From Camelus ferus (taxonomy: Eukaryota): 64,000 bases of DNA. The stretch lies in contig NC_045697.1 of the NCBI RefSeq assembly GCF_009834535.1, positions 20,710,001 to 20,774,000 of the forward strand, given 5' to 3'. The notes below the pieces were generated by a model. The model worked only from the letters and a program-made list of their open reading frames with translations. It was not told the DNA's origin and searched no databases. Positions 10,056-23,959 of the stretch are shown piece after piece (within the stretch, counting starts at the first letter, position 1; each line of letters starts with the position of its first letter). The translations under genes and the position numbers were made by a program.

Positions 10056-12814
10056 TATACCATAATTCTTTTTAAGTAAGCACACCATCATTTTGAGTTT
10101 TATAAAATTATTTTAACACTAGAAAGGATATTATAGTGGCAGAAAATACATGGTGTACTTTTCTGTCCTTTCTCTTCTACTTTTTCCATTACATAATTTT
10201 TGGAATAAAAATATTTGTGTATGTTAAGAAAATATTTTTAAGTGCTTCACAAGTCTATACCAGTTAGTGTAGACTCGGAATACAACTGAGGCCATGACAC
10301 AAGACCTAGCGCCTGCTTTGGTAGTGATTCCACTTATTTCAAGCTTTGAGTTCCAGTATTTGGTCAATGAGAAACTCAAGGAATAAAGAAAGACAACAGA
10401 TTTCAGGAAACAAGTAGATATAGGAAATTATGGCAATTTAACTAAGGAATTCTGGCCAGGTGAGAGGTAGGTGAGGGGAATAGAAAAAATGTTCAGTTTG
10501 CCTAATGAAGTTTGGGAGAGAAGAGAGTGGATATAGAGGGAAAGAGGAGTCCCAGAGGATTGATCATTCCTTCTTTTTCCCCTTTTACTTTTCAGCTCAA
10601 TACCTTTAATCCTGCCATTATAGATGGCTCCCTGAACTAGCTCTGAAAAGAGGTGAAAGTCTGGATGGAGTGGTAGTGAAAGAGTGTTCTTGTCAGCAAT
10701 TACCTAAAGACGAGAGAAAGAAGAGGACACTTGTTACCTCAAGCAGCAAGGAGAGAAGAGAATGCCAATATGCACCGCAGAATGATTTATATTATTTTTT
10801 TACAGTTTGTGTTAACAGTCTATTGAGATATTCTGAGGTTTCAATAGACGCATTCAAATACAAGATGGGCTTACTAGACAAAGTAGAGGACCTTACACCC
10901 CTTTCTTGAAAAAGAGTATCTCTATTTTTTCCCTATTGTATTTGTGTTTAACATATAATTTTTACGACAAAAATTGTTTCTCTGGGGAAAAAAGGAAAGA
11001 AGGAAGGAAAGAAGGTAGGTGGATAAAAAAATAAGAAGAGGAGGAAAGGAACACCTATTCTACATGCAGAAAGCACATGTTAAAAGCCAGTTGATTGGTA
11101 GAAGCAGTAATGTATCCAGTTTTAGGAGGGGAAAGAAATGTAGTGGAATGGTAGTGATGAAGATGGTTTTATGGAGCTGCAGCTGAGGTTCCACTTTGGA
11201 ATCTGTGTAATATTCAAATAAATAAGAAAGTGTAGCAATCTAAAGATTGGGGGAATGAATTTAGACAGATGGAGATAAGAATAATCCTCAAATATGCCTA
11301 TTGTTAACAATTTTGAGTGTTCCTCTGATGGTGACTAACATTTGTCCCTGTGTTTCCTCATTCCACAAAGCTAAGGGGGTTTTAGTAAAGTTCTCTATGG
11401 GCCACCAATCTCCCCCCACTGATAAATGTGTTAGCTTTCTATACTACTACTGCTGAAACCCACTTGGACAAATTGAAAACAATTCTGTTTTCATCAACAT
11501 TGAATTACAGATATAAAATATTGTATGGGAATTATAATTTGATAAATGGGAACATTCTGAGTCCCATATTGAGTCCAGATGGTTACAGTGTCTTTAATAC
11601 ATGCATCCATTTGGCATTGGCAAGTTTGTGTATCACAGTCTCTTTTTCATTTATGTTTAATGATGGATAGATTCCAAATAATACAAGATGTTCTTCAACA
11701 TGTTAAACTTCTGGTGAGTAAGTGAGCAGACAGTGCACTCTCTTTTTCCCAAGGTACTGCATGCTTTCAACATAACTGTTCAGAGGGGATCTGAACTTCA
11801 GACTGATTAACTGATGTTTTCCTATCCCAGGCGAAAAAGAGAATAAAATGAACAATTGCTTCCTTCCAAAAGGAGGAAATATACTTAATCTGAACTGTGA
11901 AGTTTGAAGTGCACCTAAAATTCCAGAATATTTTCTTCATTCTGCAGCCAAATGTTGAATTCAGGGCAACTTTCAATGAGGTCTAGGGTTTGGGGGCACT
12001 GGGTATTTTCAGAGGTGTCTACAGCCAAATTAGGGACATAGGAAAATGTTGCCTGAAACATGATTCACATTTCCTTATTACTTTATCTATTACATCTACT
12101 ACAAATGCATCTCTCACCTGTCAGGTTTTCCTATCTTCAATTTTCTCCCCTTTAAAGCCAGCAAGGGTTTTCAATTTGTTTTCCTTTAATGTTTCTTAGT
12201 TTTTTCAGCCTACTTTAAGATTTGATGGTTCCTCACTCCCTATAAAATACACAATCAAATTAAATTTGGCCTGGCATGAAAGTTTACTTGCATTTTTTAT
12301 CCATTCTAACTTTGCAACATTATCTTCTTTTTATTTCTTATCTTTTTATTTTTTTTCTGTCCATTAGTACACTTGGTATTCCATCAAAATTAAACTATTT
12401 TTCTCCCTCATCCTTCAACAGACCTGAAGAAAAGTCCTACTATGAATGGTTACATCTTGGAATGTCTGAGATTGGCCCCAGTACAGCTTGATCCTCTGCA
12501 TTTCTTCTCCATTATGTTATGTGATGACTTCCACTCACTAGCTACTATGTCGATAAGAGGAAAAGGACTCAGTATTTCTACAGCAAGATATACTCACATC
12601 CTGATAAAGTTCACGTAGACTGTGTGCCTGGCTGTACCAGACCAGTCTGCCCACAGAGTCAGACTGAGTAAGTTTGTATGTCTCAGAATAGTAGAAAATA
12701 AACAGAACGGTATAAATTTCTTCCACTTGAGAATAGCAAAAAGGGTTTCCAGAACCATACTGTTTGACCCCCAGCTTCATTACTTCTAGCTAAATAGAAC
12801 AGACTGTTTCACAG

Positions 12815-13015
12815 GCAACATCCATTTTCCAAATTTTCCAAAGTAACAGAATATTGATCAATGTGCCCAGCTAAAAGACTGCATTTCTCAATCTCCTTTG
12901 TGGCAAGTCTGACAGAATTTTGGTCACAGAGAAAAAGAAAAGCGAAGAAAAGAAAAAAAAAGGAAAAAAAAAAATGTGTGTCTGCACTCTGGAAGACTCT
13001 TAAAAGGCAAAGGGA
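12815..13015 (+). mobile_element. Old ERVL LTR fragment (LTR16/LTR33-like)
   Basis: atgtgcccagctaaaagactgcatttctcaatctcctttgtggcaag resembles the LTR16/33 5' region. Confidence 0.55.
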
Positions 13016-13019
13016 AGTT

Positions 13020-13395
13020 TCTTCTCCTACTATTTTAATGAGGCATATGTTAGATGCTTTGAAATTGTTCTGTACTTGCTGGATGTTCTGTTCTTTTATT
13101 ATCATCATTATTATTCTTTTTTCCCTTTGGATTTCAGTTTGGGTAGTTTCTATTGACTCGTATTCCACCTCACTGATCATTTTCTTGTCTACATCCAGTC
13201 AGCTGATGAAAACAACCAGGCATTCCTCATTTCTGTTATAGTAATTTTGATTTCTAGAATTTTCCCTTGAATCTTTCTTAGGTTTTCATTTCCTTCTCTC
13301 TGCTTACATTACCAATCTGTTTATATATGTTATCTATATTAATCATAGTTATTTAAAAATTTCTGCTTTATAACTCTCAAATCATATATTTGTCT
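13020..13395 (-). mobile_element. Old L1 ORF1 fragment, antisense
   Basis: Minus-strand ORF 12809..13180 contains ISEVEYESIETTQTEIQREKRI...EQNIQQVQNNFKASNICLIKI, an L1 ORF1p-like segment. Confidence 0.75.
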
Positions 13396-13399
13396 TCTT

Positions 13400-15125
13400 T
13401 TGAAGACATGCTCTTGGATTGGAATAATTAATATTGTTAAAAAGTACATACTACCCAAACCAATCTATAGATTTAATGCAACCCCAATCAAAATACCCGT
13501 GACATTTTTAACAGAACTAGAACAAAATAATCCTAAAATTTATATTGAAACACAAAATTGCAAAAGTAATCTTGAAGGGAAAACAAAACAAAAGAAAACA
13601 AAAAACCCAACTGAAGGCATCATTATCCCTGACCTCAGACTACACAAAGCTACAGTGATCAAAACAACATGGTACTGGAACAAAATCAGACACATACATC
13701 AATGGAACAGAATAGAGAGCACAGAAATAAACCCACCCACTCAATGCCAATTAATCTATGACAAAGGAGGCTAGAATTTACAATGGAAAAAAGACAGTCT
13801 CTTCAATAAGTGATGTTGTGAAAACTGGAGAGCTACATGTAAAAGAATGAGATTAGAACATTTCTCATACTATACATAAAAAAGAAACTCTAAATAGATT
13901 AAAGACCTACATGTAAGACTTGAAATCATAAAACTCCTAGAAGAGAACATAGCAGAACACTTTTTGACATACATTGAAGCAATATATATATATATATATA
14001 TATTTTTTGATCTGTCTCCTAGGGCAAAAGAAACAAAAGCAAAAATAAACAAATGAGAACTAAGGAAATGTTAACGTTTTTGCATAGCAAAGAAAACAAC
14101 CAACAAAACAAAAATACAATCTACTGATTAGAAGAAAATATTTGAAAGTGGTATGACCCATAAGGGGTTAATATCTAAAATATATAAACAACTCATACAA
14201 CTAAATGTTAAAAAAAAAAAAAACTACCCAATTAAAAAATGAACAGGAAACCTAAATACACATTTTGCCAAAGAAGACATACAGATGGCCAACAGGCACA
14301 TGAAAATATGCTCATCATAGCTAATCAGAGAAATGCAAATCAAACTCACAATAAGATATCACCTCACACCTGTCAGAATGGCTATCATTCAAAATCTACA
14401 AATAACAAATGTTGGTAAGGATGTGGAGAAAAGGGAACCCTCATACACTGCTGGTGGATGGGAATGTAAATTGATGCAACCATTATGGGAAACAGTATGG
14501 AGTTTCCTCAAAAAAGCTAAGAATAGAGCTACAATATTATCTAACTATCCAACACCTAAGTATATATAAAAGAAAATGAAAATACTAATTTGAAAATGTA
14601 CATGTACCCAAAGTTCATAGCAGCAGTACTTACAATAGCTGAGATATGGAAGCAACTTAGGTGTCCATCAGCAGATAAGTGGATAAAGAAGATGTAGTTT
14701 ATATGTAAATGGAATATTACTCAGCCATAAAAAGAATGAAATTCTACCATTTGCAACAGTGTGGACAGACTAGAGAGCATTATGCCTAGTGGAATAAGTC
14801 ATACAGGGAAAGGTAAATACTAAATGCTGAATGTTATCACTTATCTTTTCTATCTAAAAAGCAAAACAAACATGTACATAACAAAACATAAACAGACTTA
14901 CAGATGTAGAGGACACTAGAGGTCACTAGAAGTTACCAGTAGGTAGAGGGACTGGGGGAAAAGCAAGTCGGGAGAAGGGGATTAAGAATACAGGACAGGG
15001 AAATGCAGCTGTTATTTTGTGATAATTTCAATAGTGTATAAACTACAAAAATATTGAATCACTATTTTGTACACCTGAAACTAATATAACATTAACAATA
15101 AACTGTTCTTCAATTAAAAATAATT
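13400..15125 (+). mobile_element. 5'-truncated L1 (3' third of ORF2, 3'UTR, A tail)
   Basis: ORFs [44 protein letters not shown] and [19 protein letters not shown]; many stops and frameshifts; internal (TA)n near 13983. Confidence 0.95.
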
Positions 15126-15144
15126 AAATCAATCAATAAATTTT

Positions 15145-15300
15145 AGCATATATCAGAGTATCTCTAGTTCTCATTAAAACACATATTGCCTAGTTCTGAC
15201 TCTCAGAACATCTGATTCGAGAGATCAGAGGTGGGAACTCATAATTTGCATTTCCAAAAAGTTCTTACGTGATGCTGAGGCCCTTTGAAAAGCAATGTCT
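15145..15300. mobile_element. MER5A-like hAT-Charlie MITE
   Basis: tctgattcgagagatcagaggtggga...aatttgcatttccaaaaagttcttacgtgatgctga. Confidence 0.7.
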
Positions 15301-17079
15301 TAAATCGTCTCTTATATGTAACCAGTTTTCTTCTCTCCTTTGCATCTAGAATAGTACTATTGCAAAAAAGTCCCTCAAACCATTTTCTATGTGGTTTAAT
15401 TCTCCCATAAATTTCACTGGAGAGTGCTTGCCTGAAAATGTCACAGTCTTTATGTAAGATACCTCTTACCTCCTCCTATGAGCTGTTTAGAAACAATATA
15501 AGAACCTCTAACAGTGAGAAACACTTGGCATCTGTGAGATTGCTTTGAAAATCTCCATGCGCTGGAAATAAATACTTTAATTTTGTCCAATGGGACCTCT
15601 TGGAAATGACCTATGATTAGAGTAGCCTACACAAGTTTGAAGAACAGTGACTGTTAATTAAATATATCACTGAATAAATTATTGGAAAGACTTATACACT
15701 AACAGAGTCACTGATTTGCAGAATGTGCTGACACGCCCTTCTTCTCTGACCTGTTTTGTGTCTATAAGTACTTATGGAAACTTAACCCTGAAAACTAAAC
15801 CTGAAATTCTTTCTGCTTTGAGCCCTTTATTCCATATGGCAGTGAAGACTGATGGTTTAACAGTGAGTGAGTATAATTTTGACAACAGCAAAATATTTAT
15901 CTACATGTGTTTAATAAAGAGTGAGCTTATCTCAAGTCTGCCAGATACCATAAGATTTATGGGGTAAAACTTGCACCTGCTATAATATTCTTTCCCATTT
16001 CCTAGGGCTTCCTTTCTCCTCTTCTTTGAGTGCATCCTTTCTTGTTTGAGAAAATGAAATCTGAATCTTACATTTCTTTCCTCCCATTCTTTATCATTTA
16101 GCTTAGCTTGATTATTTATTTTTGACTTTCACCAATTATTTTCATGATGGCTTACCTTTTTTATTTTAGATTTTGTTTGCCTTATTTCAGTTTGCCCTTC
16201 TCTGTGTTGCTGCCTTTATTTCATGTTCAGAATTGTTTGCCAGGCTTTTGGATTTTTTTCTGCCTTTTATTTTCCCTCTGTTGATTGTCTGGTGCTCTTA
16301 TTTTGCTGCTAGAGTCAAAATGGATGTGAAACCAGTGTCTCATGTGGATTTACTCTGTTCCGCACGACATTTTTCTTTTATGTTTTTGTTTGTTACAAAT
16401 TATCATGGCTTATAAACCCTTCCAGGCTTTTCAAAGGGTTTTGTATTACTAAAACATGAAAAATAAAAGGATGTAGCAGTTTCAAAAGGATAGATTCCCA
16501 TTTAGAAGTCACAGAGGATGCTAAAGAAAAGCAACAAATGGCAGTTGAATGTATTTTCCAACATCACGAGGTAATATGGCTGCTCTTATAATGTCACGGA
16601 AGTTAATGAGGCAATTTCCTGTGGAGAGGCAAGGTGGCTCAGAGCAATGCTCATGGCACATTCTGACAGAAAAACAAAGCCTCTTTGCTCACTGGAGATT
16701 ACAGTTTCAAAATAATTTAGAAATGAGCGTCTACTTATGAAGAATGGAATCACTGACCCAGGTTTATCCAGGGCTTCAGATACCTGGTAGTGAGGCAGGC
16801 ATATGGTTAGCAGAACATATTCTTTGCTAAGTACCCTGTGGGCCCAAACTTGAAAGAAAGATCCTAGGCAGTCTATGTCCATCTTAAGATCTTGTTAGAC
16901 TGTTAGATGGTATCTCACAGGTTTCCTAGTGGCAGGCCCTAGCAATCACCTCGCCTCTGGCCCATTAAGGAGAAGACGTCACTGAAAGTGTAGAGGCTTA
17001 CACAGAGAAGTTCCAGGAGATTGGTGACTTAGACCAAAAACAATAACAAAAACAAAACTACATCACAGGTCAAAAGAGG

Positions 17080-17390
17080 TTAGACTGCTAGAATGTCAAC
17101 CAAAACCTCGCCAAAGAAAGATGCTGTTGGAGACTACTGTCACACAGAACACTGGTCTTGTGGCATCATAAATTCTTCATGGCCCTGCCTTTACTTTAGA
17201 CTGGAAGCTCCAAGCAGGGTATTTTGACTGGCTGAGCCTTGATTGTATACTCACGACCTAGACATCAGGGTGGTGCTAGAAGTACCAGCTTCTCACCTGA
17301 GAGGTGGGCACATAGGAATTCTCATGGTGTGAAATTCCTTAAATAGAAGGAAGCCACGATGCAGAAGAGCCAAGAAAATAACAAATATCT
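17080..17390 (-). mobile_element. MaLR (MLT1-type) LTR fragment
   Basis: tgactggctgagccttgattgtatactcac resembles an antisense MLT1 motif. Confidence 0.45.
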
Positions 17391-17394
17391 CATA

Positions 17395-20300
17395 TCTATG
17401 TATTATGTGTGCATTCCTGAGCTCTATAGTTTTATCTGTTTTTGAATTTTATAAAATTGAATTAAAATGTATGTTCAGTAGAATAACATTCTTTGATTCA
17501 ATTTTATGTTTGTAGGATGCATGTTGATATGTGTAGCAAATAGGTTTATAATCTGAGTGATATTGTATTCCATTTTATAACTGTATTACAATGTATATAT
17601 TTATTTATCCTATTTAGGATTTTCTCAGTTTTGAATACTACAAACAATGTTTTGCACGTTCTTTTAAATGCATCCTGACCTTCTCTAGTGTATTTGCCCA
17701 GGGGTGGAATTTCTGGGGTTTAGAGGAATAGATACATATTTGATAAGTAATGAAAAATTATTTTCCAAAATGTTTATACCAATTTGTGCTTCTGCCACCA
17801 GTCTGTGAGAGTTCCCCTTGCATCTGCCTTGGTTCGTTATTGCCACAATGATGTGGCTAAACAAGCCACCTCAAACACAGTGGCTGAACGTTGTGATTGT
17901 TTATTCTCATTATTATAATCCAAGGGTTGTCTCTGCTTCACACTGCAGTTGTGCGGGTCCAAGTCTGCTCCATGTCCCCTCATCCCATCTTCCTATTTCT
18001 GATGGCAGATGCCTGAGAAAGCAAGGCACACACACTTTCAAAGCTCCTGTTAACACAACTTTTGCTAATATCCCACTTGCCAAAACAAGCCACCAGGATA
18101 ATCAACAATCAGAAGTAAGGAAAGGTACTCCACTTTTGGTGGGAAATACTACTTGGTTATATGGCAACGATGTGTGTTAGAGGGAAAAGTGAAGAATTAG
18201 GACCAGTAATTTATCATATCTCTGCATTCTCATCAACATTTGGCATTTCCAATCTTCCAAAAATGGTATATAAATGTATTTTATTGTGGCTGTAATATAT
18301 ATTTACCTGTTTATTAATGAGGCTAGACATATTTTTTATATCTTCATTGGACTTTTATGTTTCTCCTTTTGTAAAATGCCTGGTTACATGTTCTGCCCCC
18401 CATTTTTTAAAAAAGATTCTTTGTCTGTTTCTCCTGAGAGCCATTCTGTATTTTGTTATTCGTCTTTTTCCACCACATGTATTCTTATCAAGTCTTTTAA
18501 CTTCCTTTATAATGATTTTTACCAAAAGTTCTTACTTGTAACTTAATCAGATAGATCCTTTGATATATTGTTAATACCTTTTGTTGTTGTTGTTGTTCTG
18601 CTTAAGAAGACCTTTGTCTAGACTGAGGTTATGAAAATATTCTCCTGTATTATGTTATCTCTGGAAATCTTTATAGTTCTTCCTCACACATTTAGTTACT
18701 CAATGTATCTTGATATGGCAAATCTTTCCACTTGATCTTCTTTAAGTGTGTCTTGGGCTACTCTTGTCCTTTTGTACTTGAAATAAAATTTAAATTCAGC
18801 ATTCCAAGTTCTACAAAATAGCAGTGTGTTTATTTTAATTTATAGCACATTGAAGTTACACAATGAAGTTACACACTGAATTTTGACAGATGTTTTTCCA
18901 GTAATGAACTTAATGAGTTTTTCAATTCATAAAATTAGTTTGATCTTTAGAATTTTTCTAAATAGTTTTGTAATTTTCTCAGTAAAGGTCTTATATTTTT
19001 TAAGTTTATTCCCGGATACTTGGTATTTTTGCAGCTATGGTAACGGTGTCATTATAAAAAATTTTATTTTCTAGCCATTTATTTTCTAAGGATTTAATGC
19101 TGGACTATAACATTAATTTGTGAGGTTCTTTATTTTTTGCCCAGCAATGCTTCTGAGTTCATTCATTAATTCTAATAATATTATCTATTAATTGCTTTGG
19201 GAATTTCTATGTATGAAGTAATATCATCTGTGAATATTGAAAGTCATTTCTTCCTTTCAAATTCTTATAACATTTATTTTAATTGCTTGCATTTAATGTA
19301 TTGGCTGTGATCTAAAGTAAAATGTTAAATCAAAATGTTAATAGCAGGCATTTGGGCTTTAAATTGAATATGAAAAAGAAGGGTTTGCACATTTTACCAT
19401 TTAATATTGTTTGCTCTAACTTTTGAGGACACTTTTTTAATCCCTTTTTGAAAAAGCCTCTTAGATTTCCACTTGAAAAAAACAACATGAATGGTTGCTT
19501 AATTTTTAAATGCTTTTATGGCATCTATGCAAAAGACTATTTCATTTTTTTTACTCCTTACTCTTTAATATGGTTAAACTTTAATTTTCTAATGTTAAAT
19601 TAACTTTACCCTCATCAGATAATCTAAAGTTAATTATGATGGCTTACTGGAACAGTTTATTAATACACTATTTAGGGTTTTTTTAATCATTATTTATGAT
19701 TTAAGATTGGCCTTAAATTTTTCTTTCTTTGATGTCTTTTTCAGGTTCTGATAGCAAGGTAGCCTAAAATGAGCTGAAAAAGGTCTCTTCATAGTTTATT
19801 TTTTAACTGTTTTTGTCATATTGGAAATAAATATTCTTTGAAAGCTTGGAAAAACTTAGTGGTGAAGTCTTTTTAGCCATAAGTTATTTCATGGGAATAA
19901 TTGTGTCTGATGATTTAATTCAGAAAAATATATAAATTTTAAGGTTTTAAGATTTTAATTATATTTGTATATTTCATTTAAATATTCAAAATGCTTCATA
20001 TTTTCTAAAATTTTCTATTTTTAAGTATGTTTGACATATCTGAGTTATTTTTTCCTTTACATTTGCTTAGTAGATTCAACTTTTTTCCTCCATTATTTAC
20101 TTTGCTCTCTTAATATTTTTTCCTTCTAGAATTTTTTTCTATAATAGTTTTGTCCAACTTCTTGAATGAATGTTTAGTTTACTACCTTACTTTTATAATT
20201 GCCTAGTATAAGATTTATGGCACTGTATTCCTTTTAAATTCTGCCTTATTTCTAGGCTTTAAGTTTTGACAAGTGATATTTTTATCATTTAGTTCAAAAT

Positions 20301-20460
20301 ACTTGCCAAATTTCATTGTGATTTTTTTAACTAAGATGTAACTTAGAAGTGTTCATTAATTTTTCAGAAATATAGGAGATTTAAAATTATTTTTTAATTG
20401 GTTTCTGTTTTACTGCATCATAGTTATAAAGTATGATCTAGAATTTGAAAAAAAATTTTT
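17395..20460 (-). mobile_element. Ancient L1 (L1MC/ME-type), antisense and heavily decayed
   Basis: Very T-rich tract with antisense ORF2/3'UTR motifs (ttttccaaaatgtttataccaattt, atatcatctgtgaat, ttttatggcatctat). Confidence 0.8.
17826..18218 (-). mobile_element. MaLR MLT1-type LTR nested in the ancient L1
   Basis: aaacaagccacctcaaacacagtggctgaa and tttgctaatatcccacttgccaaaacaagccac; L1 sequence resumes in register on both sides. Confidence 0.75.
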
Positions 20461-21149
20461 TTGAAACCTCCTATACAATTAGTAAATGTAAGGTGATAAT
20501 ATTACTTATTTTCTGATCTGTTACACTTTTGAGTGTGAAAAAGAGATTATAACCCTCAGAAAAACAGCTTGAGCAAATCAGGCTGCATGGTTATCCAAAT
20601 TATGTAATACATCTTCATAACTTTTCCACAGATGCTGGAAAATTACGTGTTTTCTATAGTTGTGTTCTGTGTCCTACATATAAAGTAGTAAATTGCAGGG
20701 AAAAAAAAAATTAATAGGAAGCAGAGATGTAGTAAAGTCACAGATCTAGACCCTCTTTAGAGTTTCCATGTGTCATTTGCCAATTAAAAGAGGAATTATA
20801 AGACTATTCCAATGACCACAAGTAAAACACCTCACAAACACACACACCCTTATACATATACATACATTTTTATAAAATGTCACATCTAGAGCTTTCAATA
20901 CAATTTTTAGAAAGGAACTTATTGCTTTCTGACTGAAGTTAATACAGAGTCCTTTATATGTGTACCAGGGCAGCAGTATTTCCTAAAATGAGCAATACTC
21001 TCAATTTGCCTCTCTAGCTAATACTCTTAAATTATGTTAATTTACTCTCTACTCTTTCCTACCTTTCTCTGTGACTATGGACCGTATCAGTCAAACCCCC
21101 TTCCCCTCTGGGTTTTGGGTGCCTTCAGCTTTTGGAGAGCACAGGTGAT

Positions 21150-21460
21150 AAGAAGGCAAGGTCTGATTATTTAGTATTTACCAGGGTAAAGCCCTAGTTC
21201 GCTTTACTGGTTCTCAAGAAGTCAATCGCCAGTCTCCTGTGCCCAAGGCCATAGTTCTCTTCTACAGCTATAGATCTCTGTCTGTCTTCCCTTCCACTTG
21301 CCCCTTCAAGCTTAAAGGTAAGAATGGCTTTCCCACTCTTGCTTAACCCTGGGTGCTTCATAATTTCTTTTTTTAAACTCCATTCACATTTTTCTATTTC
21401 TTTAATTAAACATTTTCTATTAACCTATGAATTACCTGCCACAACCCTGATTAGTAGAGC
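21150..21460 (+). mobile_element. ERVL LTR 3' part (LTR33-like)
   Basis: gccccttcaagcttaaaggtaagaatggctttcccactcttgcttaaccctgggtgcttca...attaaac...ccctgattagta. Confidence 0.6.
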
Positions 21461-22659
21461 ATATTACTATATTTTAAAATACATGTAAAATCAATTCATA
21501 ATTATAATTCATAATTCAAAAATATTCATGTAACACCTAAAATGATCTAAAGTATCCCCAATTGCATACAAAGTCATGCTTTAGGGAACACTGTCCTGTA
21601 CACTGTTTAAATTTACTCAGCTTTCTTAAATATAACTGAGATTTGGTTTCTTAAGAGGATGTAGAGAAGATTTCCCAATAGTGAGTAGCATTCATTAAAA
21701 TACAGTGACTTTTATATAATGCAAATAATAGGTATATCTAATGAGAGCTATTATTAGGGACAATAATATATTACTTCTATGTAGGAATATCCAATAGAAC
21801 TAAGGTAGATTATAAAGCTGCTAAAATGCTCACTTAGGAGTAGATATCACATTATACCCTCAGCAAATATTTGTTGTATTAAATTTTCAACCAATACCAC
21901 TAATTGCTTTCAAATCTGTCAGTTACAGATCAATTCACCATCTCCCTTTACCCAAAGGTGAGACTTTCATTGATCAAGTGAGAAAGAGTTAATCATACAA
22001 AAATGAGATGAGAGAAAGTGAGAAAAAGAGTCCTCATTTTGAAGATGTCATCCTCAACATCCTTAATGGAGACAAAGTTACATTCGAAGAATCTTGGAAT
22101 TTGAGCATTTAAACTTTCAGGTAGAAGATTTCAGCTTTATTATCACCTCTATACTTAACAGGGGCCAGGAGTCTGGGAAATTCTGAACTTAAAAAGGGAA
22201 GAATTTGGTGCCAGAGTGATAGGAGTGAAGTGGGAGATATATTTCACAGTGTGTCTTGTATAAACACTTATTCCTGTCTTCTGCAGACTAGGCTCTTTTG
22301 GAAAACCCTCTTATAAAAGGACTGGACTGCCAATTTCTTAGCAAGCTGAAATCCTAGAAATATCATCACTGATGAATCACTTCTTACTGAGGAGCCAATT
22401 TAGAATAGAATTGGGCAGGCAAGCTGCTAACAGTAGGGTAGAGGCTTCTGAGGTGCATAAGGACAGAAGAAGAGAAGAACAGCATGTTTTCACGTTAATT
22501 TGGTCCATAACCTTGGCACTAAAGTGATAATGGAAATCGCAGAAGGTGAGAATGAAGATTTCCAACCAGGCTAGTGAGGATGTTACATAATACATCAGTT
22601 ATAACACTTCCTTCAACTACATATATAGATTGAGCGTCTCATACCTCTTAGCACTTAAC

Positions 22660-23090
22660 CTACTGTTACTGTGGAGTCATAGAACAAGTGAGGATTTTGA
22701 AGTTAGATGAGTGGGAGTTAGCGAATATGACAGGTGAGCCGTTTAACCTTTCTTGCCTTTGGTGTTCGCTTTGGTAAAACAAGGGAATTTGGTTAAATTA
22801 TTTGAAAGGTCTCCATAAAACCTATGGCTCCATATACATTTAATGATCAGATTCTAAGTATGGCAGATACGGTATAAGAGGAAGGAAAGTGGATTTATTT
22901 CAAGAGAAAACAGTCCTGGTTTTGAGGTGTAGACTTAAATCTTTTCTCTTCTTACCTTGTGATCTTGAACTGAAAACTGCAGTTTCTTTTCTTCAAAATG
23001 GGCATAATAATTCTTGCTGAAGGTATTTCTGTTAAAGAAAAAATGAGAGAAAGCATAGAGAACACACTTTCTGAACACTACATAAATGTG
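22660..23090 (+). mobile_element. Two MIR fragments
   Basis: Cores gtgagccgtttaacctttcttgcctttggtgttc and tgtgatcttgaac...cagtttcttttcttcaaaatgggcataataa. Confidence 0.6.
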
Positions 23091-23249
23091 ACAAATGGAC
23101 AGCTATGTATCAGTCATGGATCCTGGGTCTCAAGTTAAACTTGGGTTGCCTAAATTTAGACTTTTTTTGAAAAAAAAACAAAAAAAAACCTCTAGTTCCA
23201 GGCAGTGAAGAACAGACGTGACTTCTTGCTCTCTCTTCCCCCTTGCTGA

Positions 23250-23455
23250 GGATACTGTTGTGTGTTAAGATGTTGGTGTCACAAGACGGTGGGTCCTCTG
23301 TCATTCTTAGACCCTGATTGACTAACAGAGTCAAGTCCCCAGCAACCTGAATTAGACAAGTAAAGCTAGTGGAAAATAAACTTTGTTGTAAGGCCACAGA
23401 GATTTAGAAGTTACTTTGGCTTCGTAGCATAAGTAAACTTTCCTGAGCAATAGAG
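23250..23455 (+). mobile_element. MaLR MLT1-type LTR 3' part
   Basis: gaaaataaactttgttgtaaggccacagagattt...tagcataa...cctgagcaataga. Confidence 0.7.
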
Positions 23456-23959
23456 GCATTAATATAGGGGAAAAAGTCTTTGTTGAATATTCCAGGCCAT
23501 AGAGAAATCACTAAGTCAAAGGAACATATGAAGGATGGATATTAAGCACACTTGAACTTTTAAGGAACACAAGGACTGAACAGTTGGGTAATAGGAAAAT
23601 GTCGTGGACATGGCTAAGGTGATGCATTTTAAAGTAGGCTGGTCCCCAAGGCCCATGGTTCGTATTGGGGATTACCAGAAATTGAACCAAGTCCACGTCA
23701 GTAAACAAGAAGGTTCAAACCACAATACATTTCTATCAAATGGCATTGTGTGTCTGGAGTGTCCTTTTGGGTTCCTTTTCTCTAGAAGCTCATTATTCTG
23801 AAGAAAGAAAAAAATGTTTGTCCCCTTGGGAACGGAAAATGTTTTATTCTGGCAACAATCATATAGGTAGAAATTCAAGGCAGTCCTCTATCTGAAGTGT
23901 GGTGATAGAATTTACATATTTATATGTATATATTTATAATGATATCATATACTCTTATA

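Noticed and set aside
11638..11713. Possible exon ending ctg/gtgagt
   Set aside because: Weak acceptor, unrecognisable peptide and no partner exons
13400..13774. 124-aa ORF (also 14333..14569, 31006..31209, 44135..44428, 45381..45584, 46223..46420) as genes
   Set aside because: All are fragments of decayed L1 ORF2 with stops and frameshifts, not host genes or active elements
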